From Candidatus Limnocylindrales bacterium (GTDB lineage Bacteria; Chloroflexota; Limnocylindria; Limnocylindrales; CSP1-4), in assembly GCA_035760905.1 (NCBI GenBank), contig DASTSC010000132.1:7707-71706 (forward strand): a stretch of DNA of 64,000 nt, read 5' to 3'. The position numbers and the translations under genes were made by a program. This document shows positions 1 through 9,061 of the stretch, in pieces. The notes beneath the pieces were generated by a model. That model was given only the letters and a program-made list of their open reading frames with translations, was not told where the DNA came from and did not search any database. Position 1 is the first letter of the stretch. Every line of letters starts with the position of its first letter.

Positions 1-527
1 GCGGTCTCGTGAGCTCGATCCACGCCGAACGCCGTCTTCTCGAGCCGGTCCGCGACCAGGCTGACGTGGTCGTCGACACCTCCGACCTGTCGCTGCGCGA
101 GCTGCGCGAGCGCCTGTTCAGCCAGATCGGGCCGGCCGTCAAGCCCGACCGGCTCGCCGTCCAGCTCATCAGCTTCGGCTTCAAGCACGGCGTTCCGATC
201 GAGGCCGACCTCGTCTTCGACGTCCGGTTCATGACGAACCCCTTCTACATCGCCGAGCTGCGACCGCTGTCCGGCCTGACCGACGAGGTCCGGACGTTCG
301 TCCTCGACCAGCCGCCGGCGACGCGCTTCCTCGCGTTCCTTCGGGACTTCCTTGACTTCGCGGTCCCGAACTACGTCGCCGAGGGCAAGACGCGGCTGAC
401 GATCGCGATCGGCTGCACGGGCGGCTACCACCGCTCGATCGTGATCTCGGAGGAGCTCGCCACCTGGCTCCGCGAGCGCGACTTCGGGCCGGTCTCGGTC
501 TTCCACCGGGAGCTCGAGCAGAAATGA
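1..527 (+). CDS. rapZ: RNase adapter protein RapZ (YvcJ-family P-loop protein), C-terminal part; 5' end lies outside the window
   Basis: Frame open to window edge; C-terminal RapZ/YvcJ domain (IAIGCTGGYHRSIV); immediately precedes yvcK and whiA as in the conserved rapZ-yvcK-whiA operon. Confidence 0.8.
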   Translation, partial: GLVSSIHAERRLLEPVRDQADVVVDTSDLSLRELRERLFSQIGPAVKPDRLAVQLISFGFKHGVPIEADLVFDVRFMTNPFYIAELRPLSGLTDEVRTFVLDQPPATRFLAFLRDFLDFAVPNYVAEGKTRLTIAIGCTGGYHRSIVISEELATWLRERDFGPVSVFHRELEQK

Positions 528-582
528 GCCGGCGAACGCGCGGGACGCCCCACGCCGGTCCGGCGCCTCGTCCGATGGATCG

Positions 583-1923
583 ATGAACCTGCGCCGCTGG
601 CTCCGACCGGGCATGGGGGTGAAGCGCTGGCTCCTGCTCGTCTTCGTCGGTGAGCTCGGCCTCGCCCTCGCCGGCGCGCTCGCGCTCCGCCAGCTCTACC
701 GGGACGTGGAGGTCAGCGGTCCGGCCCAGTCGGTCGTCTCGATCGTGACCCTCCAGTTCCTCGGCTACGACGTCCGAGCGGCGTTGCTCGCGATCGCCGG
801 CCTCGCCCTCTTCGTCGTCGGCTCGATCCGGCTCGTCCGCAACCTCATGGAGCCGTTCCGGCCGGGAGGCGATGCGCCGACCCCGCTCGTCGAGGTCATC
901 TACCAGAAGCGCTTCCTCGCCCGCGGCCCGCGGATCGTCGCCATCGGCGGTGGTACGGGACTCTCGGCGCTGCTCCGGGGCCTGAAGGAGGTCACGAGCA
1001 ACCTGACGGCCGTCGTGACGGTCGCCGACGACGGCGGCTCGTCCGGGCTCCTCCGGACGTCCCTCGGGATCCCGCCGGTCGGCGACATCCGCAACTGCAT
1101 CGTCGCCCTCGCCGACGCGGAGCCGCTCATGGCCGACCTCCTCCAGTACCGCTTCCCGGCCGGATCGCTCGCCCCGGCGACCGAGGACGCGACCTCGCCC
1201 GACCCTCGCGGCCATGCGGTCGGCAACCTCCTGCTCGCCGCGCTCACCGCGGTCGAGGACGGCGACTTCGAGGAGGGTGTCCGCCGGATGAACCGGGTCC
1301 TCGCCGTGCGCGGCCAGGTCGTGCCCGTGACCGCCGTGCCACTGACGCTTCATGCGCTCGTCGGCGGCAGCGAGGTGATCGGCCAGTCGCGGATCGCCCG
1401 AACGGCCGGGATCGAGCGGGTCTGGGTCACGCCCGACGACGCCGCCGCCTGCGAGGACGCGCTCCGGGCGATCGCCGACGCGGACGCGATCGTCATCGGT
1501 CCCGGCAGCCTCTACACGAGCATCCTCCCGGGCCTGCTCGTGCCGGCCATCCGCGACGCGGTGCTCGCGTCGGCGGCGCTGCGGATCTACGTCTGCAACG
1601 TCGCGACCCAGGTGGGCGAGACGAGCGGCCGGGATCTCGCCGATCACGTCGAGGCCCTCGCGGCACACACCGCGCCCGGGCTCGCGGACGTCGTTCTCGG
1701 CAACAACCAGTTCGGGGCCCGGATCCCGCTCGAATGGCGCGCCGAGTCCGTCCGGTTGCGTTGGCCGCCGCGAGTGACGCCGATCCCGAAGCTCGTCCTC
1801 GACGACGTCGTCGACCCCGACAACGCGTACCACCACGACCCGGGCCGGCTCGCGGCGTCGATCGCCCGGATCGTCGAGCGCGAGGGATCCCGGCGACGGC
1901 CGAGGGTCGCGAGGTCGGCCTGA
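583..1923 (+). CDS. yvcK: YvcK/CofD-like gluconeogenesis factor (UPF0052) with N-terminal two-helix membrane anchor
   Basis: IVAIGGGTGLSALLRGL and NLTAVVTVADDGGSSG motifs typical of YvcK; the first ~110 aa contain two hydrophobic helices; operon context rapZ-yvcK-whiA. Confidence 0.85.
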   Translation: MNLRRWLRPGMGVKRWLLLVFVGELGLALAGALALRQLYRDVEVSGPAQSVVSIVTLQFLGYDVRAALLAIAGLALFVVGSIRLVRNLMEPFRPGGDAPTPLVEVIYQKRFLARGPRIVAIGGGTGLSALLRGLKEVTSNLTAVVTVADDGGSSGLLRTSLGIPPVGDIRNCIVALADAEPLMADLLQYRFPAGSLAPATEDATSPDPRGHAVGNLLLAALTAVEDGDFEEGVRRMNRVLAVRGQVVPVTAVPLTLHALVGGSEVIGQSRIARTAGIERVWVTPDDAAACEDALRAIADADAIVIGPGSLYTSILPGLLVPAIRDAVLASAALRIYVCNVATQVGETSGRDLADHVEALAAHTAPGLADVVLGNNQFGARIPLEWRAESVRLRWPPRVTPIPKLVLDDVVDPDNAYHHDPGRLAASIARIVEREGSRRRPRVARSA

Positions 1924-1948
1924 TTCGAGCCGCGGTTCCGGGGACGCG

Positions 1949-2749
1949 GTGAGCCGATCCGAACGTGATCTCGTGGCGGCGATCCGCCTCGAGCTCGCGG
2001 CGGTCGAGCCGGCCCGCGCCTGCGATCGGGCGGCCGAGGCCGTCGCCCTCGGATCGGCACCCCCGCAACGGCGGATCGAGCTCGCCCGGACCGCGCTCCG
2101 TGTCGGCCGCGATGGGTCCTCGGCACGGGCATTCGACTGGGAGGCCTCCGCGGAGCACTGCCGTCTCGCCTGGCTCCGGGGCACGTTCCTGGCCAGCGGC
2201 TCGCTCAGCCTCGCCGCCGGCCGGCCCCACCTCGAGTTCGTCGTGCCGCCGTCCGAGGCGGCGGTCCTGGCGGCCCGGCTGGCCGAGATCGGCCTGCCGG
2301 CGTCGCACCGAGTTCGGCGCGGGTCGGGCGTCGTGACATGGAAGAGCGGCGAGCGGATCGCGACGTTCCTGCGCCGGATCGGCGGCGGCGCCGCGCTCCT
2401 CGAGCTCGACGCCCGCCAGGTGTCACGGGCCGTTCGTGGCGATCTCAACCGCGTCGTGAACGCGGAGTCGGCGAACGTCCAGCGAGCGGTGGTCGCCGCA
2501 GGGCGGCAGCTCGCCGCGATCGGGGAGCTCGAGGCCGACGGGCGCCTCGCCTCGCAGCCGCACGGCGTCAGGCTCGTCGCCGAGGCGCGACGCGAGACGC
2601 CCGAGGCGACGCTGGCCGAGCTCGCCGAACGGCTCGAGCTTCACCGTTCGGCGGTCCAGCGCGCGCTCGATCGGATCGAGCGGCTGACACTCCACGGGGA
2701 CGAGCCGCGGGCGGTCCGGAGGCGGGCCGAACGTCAGCCCGAAGGGTGA
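1949..2749 (+). CDS. whiA: Sporulation/cell-division transcription regulator WhiA (GTG start)
   Basis: N-terminal LAGLIDADG-like region plus C-terminal HTH (LAELAERLELHRSAVQRALDRIERL); follows yvcK; short (266 aa) relative to typical WhiA. Confidence 0.8.
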   Translation: MSRSERDLVAAIRLELAAVEPARACDRAAEAVALGSAPPQRRIELARTALRVGRDGSSARAFDWEASAEHCRLAWLRGTFLASGSLSLAAGRPHLEFVVPPSEAAVLAARLAEIGLPASHRVRRGSGVVTWKSGERIATFLRRIGGGAALLELDARQVSRAVRGDLNRVVNAESANVQRAVVAAGRQLAAIGELEADGRLASQPHGVRLVAEARRETPEATLAELAERLELHRSAVQRALDRIERLTLHGDEPRAVRRRAERQPEG

Positions 2750-2794
2750 CCGCCGGCAGGGGATACGCCGTCCGCCTCTGGCATCATCGGCTCG

Positions 2795-3640
2795 ATGCCC
2801 TCGTTCGAGCCGCGGCCGGTCATCGTCGCCGCGAACTGGAAGATGCACACGACGCCGGCCGACGCGGGGGCGCTCGCCGCGACGATCGCCCGCCGAACGG
2901 ACGAGGCCGACGTCGTCCGGGTGATCTGTCCGCCGTTCGTGTGCCTGGCCGCGGTTCGCGACGCGCTCGCCGTCGAGGCGGCCGGCCGGGACGTCGCGGT
3001 CGGCGCCCAGAACGTTCACCAGGAGCTCGCCGGCGCCTACACGGGCGAGATCGCTGCGCCGATGCTGGCCGGGCTCGCGAGCTGGGTGATCGTCGGCCAC
3101 AGCGAGCGCCGGCGCGACGCCGGTGAGACCGACGCGATCGTCAACGAGAAGGTCAGACGTGTCCGGGACGCCGGTCTCCGGACGATCCTGTGCGTCGGCG
3201 AGCAGCTCGAGGACCGTGAGGCCGGACGGGCCGATGCCGTCGTGCGCGGGCAGGTCCGGGGCTGTCTCGAGGGCGTCGACCCTCCCGCTCGCGAGGATGC
3301 GCCGGCTGACGGACTGTGGCTCACGATCGCGTACGAGCCGGTCTGGGCGATCGGGACTGGCAGGACGGCCCTCGGCTCCGACGCGGCCGAGATGGCGGCG
3401 GCGATCCGATCGACCCTCGCCGAGCTCGGCTTCGCCGACGGCGGCGAGTCGGTACCGGTGCTCTACGGCGGCTCGGTCACGTCCGCGACGATCGGCGAGT
3501 TCCTTGCCGAGCCGTCGATCGACGGAGCCCTCGTCGGCGGGGCGTCGCTCAAACCCGACGAGATGGCCGGGATCGTCGCGCGGGCGGCCATCACGGCCCG
3601 AGGCCGGGCGGAGGCGGCGCGGCCGCGCCAGGAGGTCTGA
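2795..3640 (+). CDS. tpiA: Triosephosphate isomerase
   Basis: [25 protein letters not shown] and GGS motifs. Confidence 0.9.
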   Translation: MPSFEPRPVIVAANWKMHTTPADAGALAATIARRTDEADVVRVICPPFVCLAAVRDALAVEAAGRDVAVGAQNVHQELAGAYTGEIAAPMLAGLASWVIVGHSERRRDAGETDAIVNEKVRRVRDAGLRTILCVGEQLEDREAGRADAVVRGQVRGCLEGVDPPAREDAPADGLWLTIAYEPVWAIGTGRTALGSDAAEMAAAIRSTLAELGFADGGESVPVLYGGSVTSATIGEFLAEPSIDGALVGGASLKPDEMAGIVARAAITARGRAEAARPRQEV

Positions 3641-3647
3641 CCGTTCG

Positions 3648-4400
3648 ATGCCCGATCTCGTCCTGCTCCGCCACGGAGAGAGCGACTGGAACCGCGAGAA
3701 CCGGTTCACCGGCTGGACCGACGTCGACCTGTCCGAGGCCGGCGTCGCCGAGGCCCACGAGGCTGCCCGACTGCTTCGAGAGGCCGGTCTCGCCTTCGAC
3801 ATCGCCTACACCTCCGTCCTGCGGCGGGCCATCCGGACGCTCTGGATCGTCCTCGACGACCTCGACCTCATGTGGATCCCGGTCGAGAAGAGCTGGCGCC
3901 TCAACGAGCGCCACTACGGCGCGCTCCAGGGCCTGAACAAGGCGGAGACCGCGGCCGAGTTCGGCGAGCAGCAGGTGATGATCTGGCGGCGCAGCTATGC
4001 CACCCCGCCGCCGGCGCTCGATCCGGACGACGAGCGGTTCCCCGGCCGTGACCCGCGATACGCCTCGCTTGCCCCCGACGACCTCCCGCGGACCGAGGCG
4101 CTCAGGGACACTGTCACCCGGTTCCTGCCGTACTGGGACGGGACGATCGCCCCGACGGTCAGATCCGGTCGCCGCGTCCTCATCGCCGCCCACGGCAACA
4201 GCCTCCGGGCGCTCGTGAAGCACCTCGACGACGTCTCCGACGAGGAGATCGTCGGCCTGAACATTCCCACCGGCGTGCCGCTCGTGTACCGCCTCGACGA
4301 CGACCTCCGGCCGGTCGAGCATCACTACCTCGGCGACCCGGCGGCCGTCGCGGCCAAGGCAGCCGCGGTCGCCGCACAGGGCCGGAGCGGGCGGGGCTGA
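3648..4400 (+). CDS. gpmA: 2,3-bisphosphoglycerate-dependent phosphoglycerate mutase
   Basis: [10 protein letters not shown]...RFTGW histidine-phosphatase signature, [16 protein letters not shown]; ATG at 3648 in frame with long ORF 3123..4400. Confidence 0.9.
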   Translation: MPDLVLLRHGESDWNRENRFTGWTDVDLSEAGVAEAHEAARLLREAGLAFDIAYTSVLRRAIRTLWIVLDDLDLMWIPVEKSWRLNERHYGALQGLNKAETAAEFGEQQVMIWRRSYATPPPALDPDDERFPGRDPRYASLAPDDLPRTEALRDTVTRFLPYWDGTIAPTVRSGRRVLIAAHGNSLRALVKHLDDVSDEEIVGLNIPTGVPLVYRLDDDLRPVEHHYLGDPAAVAAKAAAVAAQGRSGRG

Positions 4401-4458
4401 GGCGGGCCGGCTCGGGGCGTGCTACGATCCCGCGGCTTCAGATGAGGGTGTCCGAGCA

Positions 4459-4692
4459 GTGAATCCATTCCTGGCCGTCGGCCAGATTCTCGTCAGCGCC
4501 GCGCTCATCGCGGCGATCCTCCTCCAGAACCGGGGCAGCGGGCTGTCGTCGACGTTCGGCGGTGATTCGGCCGTCTACCGCAGCCGCCGCGGGATCGAGC
4601 GACGGCTGTTCCAGTTCACGATCCTGCTCGCGGTCCTCTTCTGCCTGTTCGCGCTCGTCGCGTTCCTCGTCGCCCCGGCGACGACGGCGTAG
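4459..4692 (+). CDS. secG: Preprotein translocase subunit SecG
   Basis: 77-aa two-TM protein, ILLQ.RGSGLSSTFGG signature; classic tpiA-secG neighbourhood. Confidence 0.85.
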   Translation: MNPFLAVGQILVSAALIAAILLQNRGSGLSSTFGGDSAVYRSRRGIERRLFQFTILLAVLFCLFALVAFLVAPATTA

Positions 4693-4751
4693 CCCGCCGA
4701 TCGGCGGCTGGCGACCCCCCTCCACCGCTGGTAAAATCGCGCCCCGGTCCG

Positions 4752-4840
4752 GCCGAGGTGGCGGAATTGGTAGACGCGCTAGCCTCAGGAGCTAGTGCCC
4801 TGTAAGGGGCGTATGGGTTCAAATCCCGTCCTCGGTACCA
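4752..4840 (+). tRNA. tRNA-Leu (anticodon CAG), long variable arm
   Basis: Cloverleaf read manually: acceptor gccgagg/cctcggt (G1-U72), D-stem gcg/cgc, anticodon stem ctagc/gctag with loop cuCAGga, T-loop ttcaaat, encoded CCA. Confidence 0.85.
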
Positions 4841-4868
4841 GTCCCTCAGGGACCGACGGCAGCACCTG

Positions 4869-4953
4869 TGCCCAGGTGGCGGAATTGGTATACGCGTACG
4901 TTTGAGGGGCGTATGAGGCAACTCATCCGGGTTCAAGTCCCGGCCTGGGCACC
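4869..4953 (+). tRNA. tRNA-Leu (anticodon GAG), long variable arm
   Basis: Acceptor gcccagg/cctgggc, anticodon stem tacgt/gcgta with loop ttGAGgg, T-loop ttcaagt, encoded CCA. Confidence 0.8.
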
Positions 4954-5241
4954 ACTCTTCTGATCACGAGAAGCGGGCGACGAGGTCGTCCGCTTCTTCG
5001 TTCTCGGCACGGGAGCCGCCCACCGTTGCCGCGGGGGAATGGTTCGGGGCGCGCGAGATCGGTCCGTGCCCTGGCAGGGAACGAGGCGCACGGGAAATGG
5101 CCTCGCCGTGTCGTCGCTTACCTACCCGAGCAACGCAAGGACGGGAGACGATCGATTTCATGCCCGGGGAGGCACAGGACCGCGGACGGGCGGGGACGGG
5201 TGGGGAGGGGAGCCTCGGTCGCGTCATAGACTTGCCGCCCG

Positions 5242-5319
5242 GGGGCGGTTAGCTCAGCTGGTCAGAGCGCCTCGCTTACACCGAGGAAGTCGGAGGTTCG
5301 AGTCCTCCACCGCCCACCA
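5242..5319 (+). tRNA. tRNA-Val (anticodon TAC)
   Basis: gggcggt acceptor pairs accgccc; tagctcagctggtcagagcg D-arm; anticodon stem cctcg/cgagg with loop cuUACac; ggttcgagtcc T-arm; encoded CCA. Confidence 0.9.
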
Positions 5320-5356
5320 CGGCACAGGAACGAAACGGCTTGCCGGATGTCTCGGT

Positions 5357-6325
5357 TCAGGCGGCAGCGACGGAACGCCCGAGTTCGACCGCTAGCCGTG
5401 ACGGCGTCGTCACGAGAAAGGCACTGTCGGCAGTCACCCACTCGAGCAACCGATCAACGACGCCGCGGAGTTCGCGGTCGTGGGCGATCCAGATCGGATG
5501 CACATTGAGGTTTGCGACGCCGCCCACGCGGGCGATATAGCTCAGCTTCTGCAGCCAGAGCTCCTCGATAGCGTCGGGCGACCAACGGTAGACCTGTCGA
5601 AGGAAGACGTCCTGGGGCATCGTCACCGGGACCTCGAGGACGGGGCCGAGCCGGAACGGGAAGACGGTCCCACAGCCTGCAGCCGCGCCGAACGGTCCAT
5701 CGCGCTCCGTGTCCGGGATCGACATGTCGACCGCGAAGATCTCGCCGACGACCGAGATCAGGTCGCGCGACGCGAGCAGCTGACCAGCGCGAAACGTTCG
5801 CATGAGCTCGACAGTCCACGGCGAGCGAAGGCGAACCGCATCGAACGCGGCACGAATCCGCGCGCGCCCGACGTACGGAAGCCGCCCGTCGTGGCGAATG
5901 TCGTGCCAGTAGACCTCGCGGCCGTCCGCGACCAGGTCGCGGACTAGTCGCTCCATCGGCCAGCTCTGCTCGGGCACGAAGCCGTATGAGCTCGCGATGC
6001 CGTGTCTCCGATCGAGCTCGAGAGCGAGGTCGACGAGTCCGAGTTCCTCGGCGGAATCGATGTCGTGCGTCAGGATGAAGGCGGCCCGGTGGCCGGCATA
6101 CATCGGTGCCTCGAGCCCGTGATCGATCGACTGGACGATCGGCCAGCTCGGCCAAGTCCCCTCGTGGCGACGAGCGCGCGCCGCGACCGCGAGGAGGCGT
6201 GTCCGCAGCCCGAGCGGGACGGCCCGATACGACACCGGCAGACGCGAGAACAGGGGCGGGTTGTGGGCGAGGTAGCGGTCGGCCGCGGCCGCCGCTCGCG
6301 GCCGGTCGAGGCTGAACGGGGTCAT
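5357..6325 (-). CDS. Hypothetical protein, putative polysaccharide deacetylase-like (divergent NodB-type)
   Basis: 322-aa ORF with high third-position GC and an ILTHDIDS aspartate-rich motif; overlaps (ATGA-type) with the upstream acetyltransferase gene. Confidence 0.5.
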   Translation of the reverse strand: MTPFSLDRPRAAAAADRYLAHNPPLFSRLPVSYRAVPLGLRTRLLAVAARARRHEGTWPSWPIVQSIDHGLEAPMYAGHRAAFILTHDIDSAEELGLVDLALELDRRHGIASSYGFVPEQSWPMERLVRDLVADGREVYWHDIRHDGRLPYVGRARIRAAFDAVRLRSPWTVELMRTFRAGQLLASRDLISVVGEIFAVDMSIPDTERDGPFGAAAGCGTVFPFRLGPVLEVPVTMPQDVFLRQVYRWSPDAIEELWLQKLSYIARVGGVANLNVHPIWIAHDRELRGVVDRLLEWVTADSAFLVTTPSRLAVELGRSVAAA

Positions 6326-6813
6326 GACGTCCGGGCCCGGTCGCGAACGATCTCAAACGAGGCTGGGTCCAGCTGCTTCGCGACACGGAAGCCTCCCCCG
6401 ACGACGAGGGAGTACGGCGGGACATCCTTGTGGATGACGGCGCCGGTTGCGAGCACGGAGTGGTGGCCGACCGTGACCCCGGGGACGATGATCACCCCGG
6501 GCATGATCCATACGTCGTGCTCGACGACGGTCTCCATGTGCTTCGTCGGATAGAGCGTCCGGAGATCGGTCCCGGTCGGGATCACCTGGTGGGCGGTGAT
6601 GATCGTCCGCGCGCCGATCGCGGTGCGATCGCCGATGTGGATGCCCCGCGGATTGAGCTTGTCGAACAGGACGTCTTCACCGACGAAGACGTCGTCGCCG
6701 AGATCGACGCCGGTGAGGCGGTACAGGCTCGCGCGGAGGCTGTCGATCGGTACCAAGTTCGCGATCTTGAAGACCACGGCGATGGCGACAATTCGCAGGG
6801 CGCGAGCACTCAT
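6322..6813 (-). CDS. Hexapeptide-repeat (left-handed beta-helix) acetyltransferase, maltose/galactoside O-acetyltransferase-like
   Basis: 163-aa product from MSARAL...; repeated [LIV]GxxxxI hexapeptides (IGDRTAIGARTII, IMPGVIIVPGVTVG); ORF extends upstream to 7188 but the N-terminal extension is Arg-rich and not homologous. Confidence 0.65.
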   Translation of the reverse strand: MSARALRIVAIAVVFKIANLVPIDSLRASLYRLTGVDLGDDVFVGEDVLFDKLNPRGIHIGDRTAIGARTIITAHQVIPTGTDLRTLYPTKHMETVVEHDVWIMPGVIIVPGVTVGHHSVLATGAVIHKDVPPYSLVVGGGFRVAKQLDPASFEIVRDRARTS

Positions 6814-7078
6814 TGGCCGTCCCTCCTCCCGTACCGCCGTCCGCCGTGGCCATTGTCCTAGCGCAGTCAACCCCTGCGTGACCCGTTCCGTAGACTCGAA
6901 CGAGGGGCAATGTCGCGCCGGGACGAGAAGAGGAAGACCGAGCGCCGTCACGTCAGGGGACGTGACCAAACGGGGCGAATCGACAGACCCAGTACGGTCG
7001 TGGCCTCGCGTACACCCGCCCACCGCGCCCGCGCGCCTTCGCCGGGCAGGCGGACGCGGCTTCGCGCACGATCTACGG

Positions 7079-8272
7079 GTGAGCGACGCCTCCGCCCGAC
7101 CGGGGCCCACCCGCTGGACACCCGCCCTTCGCTTCGTCGTCCTCGTCGGCGTCATGAGCCTGTTCGCCGACTTCACGTACGAGGGCATGCGGTCCGTGTC
7201 GGGCCCGTATCTCGCGCTCCTCGGCGCGTCGGCGACGGCGGTCGGCGTCGTGAGCGGCCTCGGCGAGCTGCTGGGCTACGGCCTGCGGATCGTCTCGGGT
7301 CGGCTGAGCGACCGAACCGGGCAGTTCTGGCCGATCACGATCGCCGGGTACGTCGTCCAGATGGTCGCCGTGCCGGCCCTCGCCCTCGCCGGGAGCTGGC
7401 CCGCGGCGGCCGGGCTCATCCTCCTCGAGCGGATCGGGAAGGCGACCCGCAATCCGCCTCGCGACGTGATGCTGTCGCACGCGGGCAAGGAGATCGGCGT
7501 CGGCTGGGCGTTCGGTCTCCACGAGGCGCTCGACCAGGCGGGCGCGCTCATCGGGCCCCTCGTGATCGCGCTCGTGCTCGCCCTTCGGAACGACTATCGG
7601 CTGGCGTTCGCGTGGCTGGTGGTGCCGGCCGCGATCACGCTCCTCGTCCTCGCCGTCGCCCGGCTTCAGTACCCTCGGCCGGAGGAGCTCGAGCGGCACC
7701 CGCCCGACGTCCGGACCGAGGGCCTGCCGCGGACGTTCTGGCTCTACCTCGCGGCGGCCTCGCTCGTCGCCGCAGGCTTCGCCGACTTTCCGATCATCGC
7801 CTTTCACTTCCAGCAGGCGGCGGTCGTGTCGACGCCGGCCGTCCCCTTCCTCTACGCGGTGGCGATGGGGCTGAGCGGGCTCGCGTCGCTCGTGTTCGGG
7901 CGGCTGTTCGATCGCACGGGCATCCGGATCCTCGTGCCGTTGACGATCGTCACCGCCGCCTACGCGCCGCTCGCGTTCCTGGGTGGGCCGCTCGTCGCCG
8001 GGCTCGGCGTCGCGCTCTGGGGCATCGGGATGGGCGTCCACGAATCGATCGTGCCGGCCGCGGTGGCGCTCATGGCGCCGGCCAATCGCCGGGCGTCGGC
8101 CTACGGGCTCTTCACCGCCGCCTACGGGATCGCCTGGTTCGTCGGCAGCGCAGCCATGGGTCTGCTCTACGACGTCGCGTTCCCGGTCCTCATCGGCTTC
8201 GCGATCGTGGCCGAGCTCGCCGCGATCCCGCTCCTGCTCCGGGTCCGGGCACTCATGGCGTCGGCCGCCTGA
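7079..8272 (+). CDS. MFS-type transporter (GTG start; alternative ATG at 7154)
   Basis: About 12 predicted TM helices; MFS loop motif G.LSDRTGQF between TM2 and TM3; TAGACT -10-like hexamer at 6888. Confidence 0.7.
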   Translation: MSDASARPGPTRWTPALRFVVLVGVMSLFADFTYEGMRSVSGPYLALLGASATAVGVVSGLGELLGYGLRIVSGRLSDRTGQFWPITIAGYVVQMVAVPALALAGSWPAAAGLILLERIGKATRNPPRDVMLSHAGKEIGVGWAFGLHEALDQAGALIGPLVIALVLALRNDYRLAFAWLVVPAAITLLVLAVARLQYPRPEELERHPPDVRTEGLPRTFWLYLAAASLVAAGFADFPIIAFHFQQAAVVSTPAVPFLYAVAMGLSGLASLVFGRLFDRTGIRILVPLTIVTAAYAPLAFLGGPLVAGLGVALWGIGMGVHESIVPAAVALMAPANRRASAYGLFTAAYGIAWFVGSAAMGLLYDVAFPVLIGFAIVAELAAIPLLLRVRALMASAA

Positions 8273-8330
8273 GGTGCGCGGGAGAGCCGATCGGCATGGT
8301 CTGGCTCGATCCGGCGCTGTTAGACTCGGC

Positions 8331-8351
8331 CCGACGCCCGTCGGGCGTCGG
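8331..8351 (+). terminator. Perfect 9-bp stem-loop (ccgacgccc-gtc-gggcgtcgg) between MFS gene and lemA; terminator or translational element
   Basis: Exact inverted repeat read in sequence; sits 5 nt upstream of the GGAGGAGGGG Shine-Dalgarno of lemA (ATG 8369); no U-tract. Confidence 0.3.
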
Positions 8352-8368
8352 CCACCCGGAGGAGGGGC

Positions 8369-9022
8369 ATGAACTGGCCGCTGATCATCGTCATCGTCGT
8401 CATCGTTCTCGCCGTCCTGTTCGTGATCGGGCTGTACAACGGCCTCGTCCAGCGGCGACTGCGGATCGACGAGGCGTTCGCCCAGATCCAGGTCCAGCTG
8501 AAGCGACGCCATGACCTGATTCCGAACCTCGTGAACGCCGTCCGCGGCTACATGGGCTTCGAGCAGCAGGTCCTCACCGACGTCACGAACGCGCGGTCGG
8601 CCGCGATCGCCGCCGGCTCACAGGGGCCGGCCGCACAGGCCCAGGCCGAGAACGCGCTGACGTCGACCCTCCGCTCGCTGTTCGCGGTCGTCGAGAACTA
8701 CCCGCAGCTGAAGGCGAACGAGAACGTCCTCAACCTCCAGGAGCAGCTGACGACGACGGAGAACCAGATCAGCTTCAGCCGCCAGCACTACAACGCGACG
8801 GTCCTCGACTACAACACCTCGATCCAGACGGTCCCGTCGGTCCTCATCGCCGGGATGTTCGGCTTCACGAGGCGCGAGTTCTTCGAGGCCGAGCCGGAGG
8901 CCGCCGCCACGCCGACCGTCGACCTCGGCTTCGGGAGCACCGGACCCGCGGCCGCCGTGCCGCCGCCGGAGACCCCCGCGCCGGGCGCGCCATCCGGCCC
9001 GACGCCGCCACCCGCCAGCTGA
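8369..9022 (+). CDS. lemA: LemA family membrane protein
   Basis: N-terminal TM helix then LemA core (GLYNGLVQRRLRIDEAFAQIQVQLKRRHDLIPNLV); strong RBS. Confidence 0.85.
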   Translation: MNWPLIIVIVVIVLAVLFVIGLYNGLVQRRLRIDEAFAQIQVQLKRRHDLIPNLVNAVRGYMGFEQQVLTDVTNARSAAIAAGSQGPAAQAQAENALTSTLRSLFAVVENYPQLKANENVLNLQEQLTTTENQISFSRQHYNATVLDYNTSIQTVPSVLIAGMFGFTRREFFEAEPEAAATPTVDLGFGSTGPAAAVPPPETPAPGAPSGPTPPPAS

Positions 9023-9061
9023 CACGGCACGCGCGGGCCGGACGACGGCCCGCGCCCGACC

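Noticed and set aside
229-2448. 739-aa minus-strand ORF antisense to yvcK/whiA
   Set aside because: Arg/Ala/Pro-rich low-complexity translation typical of antisense frames in about 73 % GC DNA; fully overlaps two well-supported conserved genes
2423-3802. 459-aa minus-strand ORF antisense to tpiA/gpmA
   Set aside because: Same GC-frame artefact; no domain signal
4954-5241. Spacer between tRNA-Leu(GAG) and tRNA-Val as an ncRNA (RNase P, SRP RNA, tmRNA) or pseudo-tRNA
   Set aside because: No RNase P P4 (AGGAAAGUCCGGGCUC), SRP domain IV, or tmRNA resume-codon signatures, and no tRNA-like acceptor/T-arm pairing. Left as unexplained spacer
6910-8514. 534-aa plus-strand ORF and 479-aa minus ORF overlapping the MFS transporter
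   Set aside because: Alternative frames with Arg/Asp-rich translation; the MFS frame shows 12 TM helices and the G.LSDR loop motif
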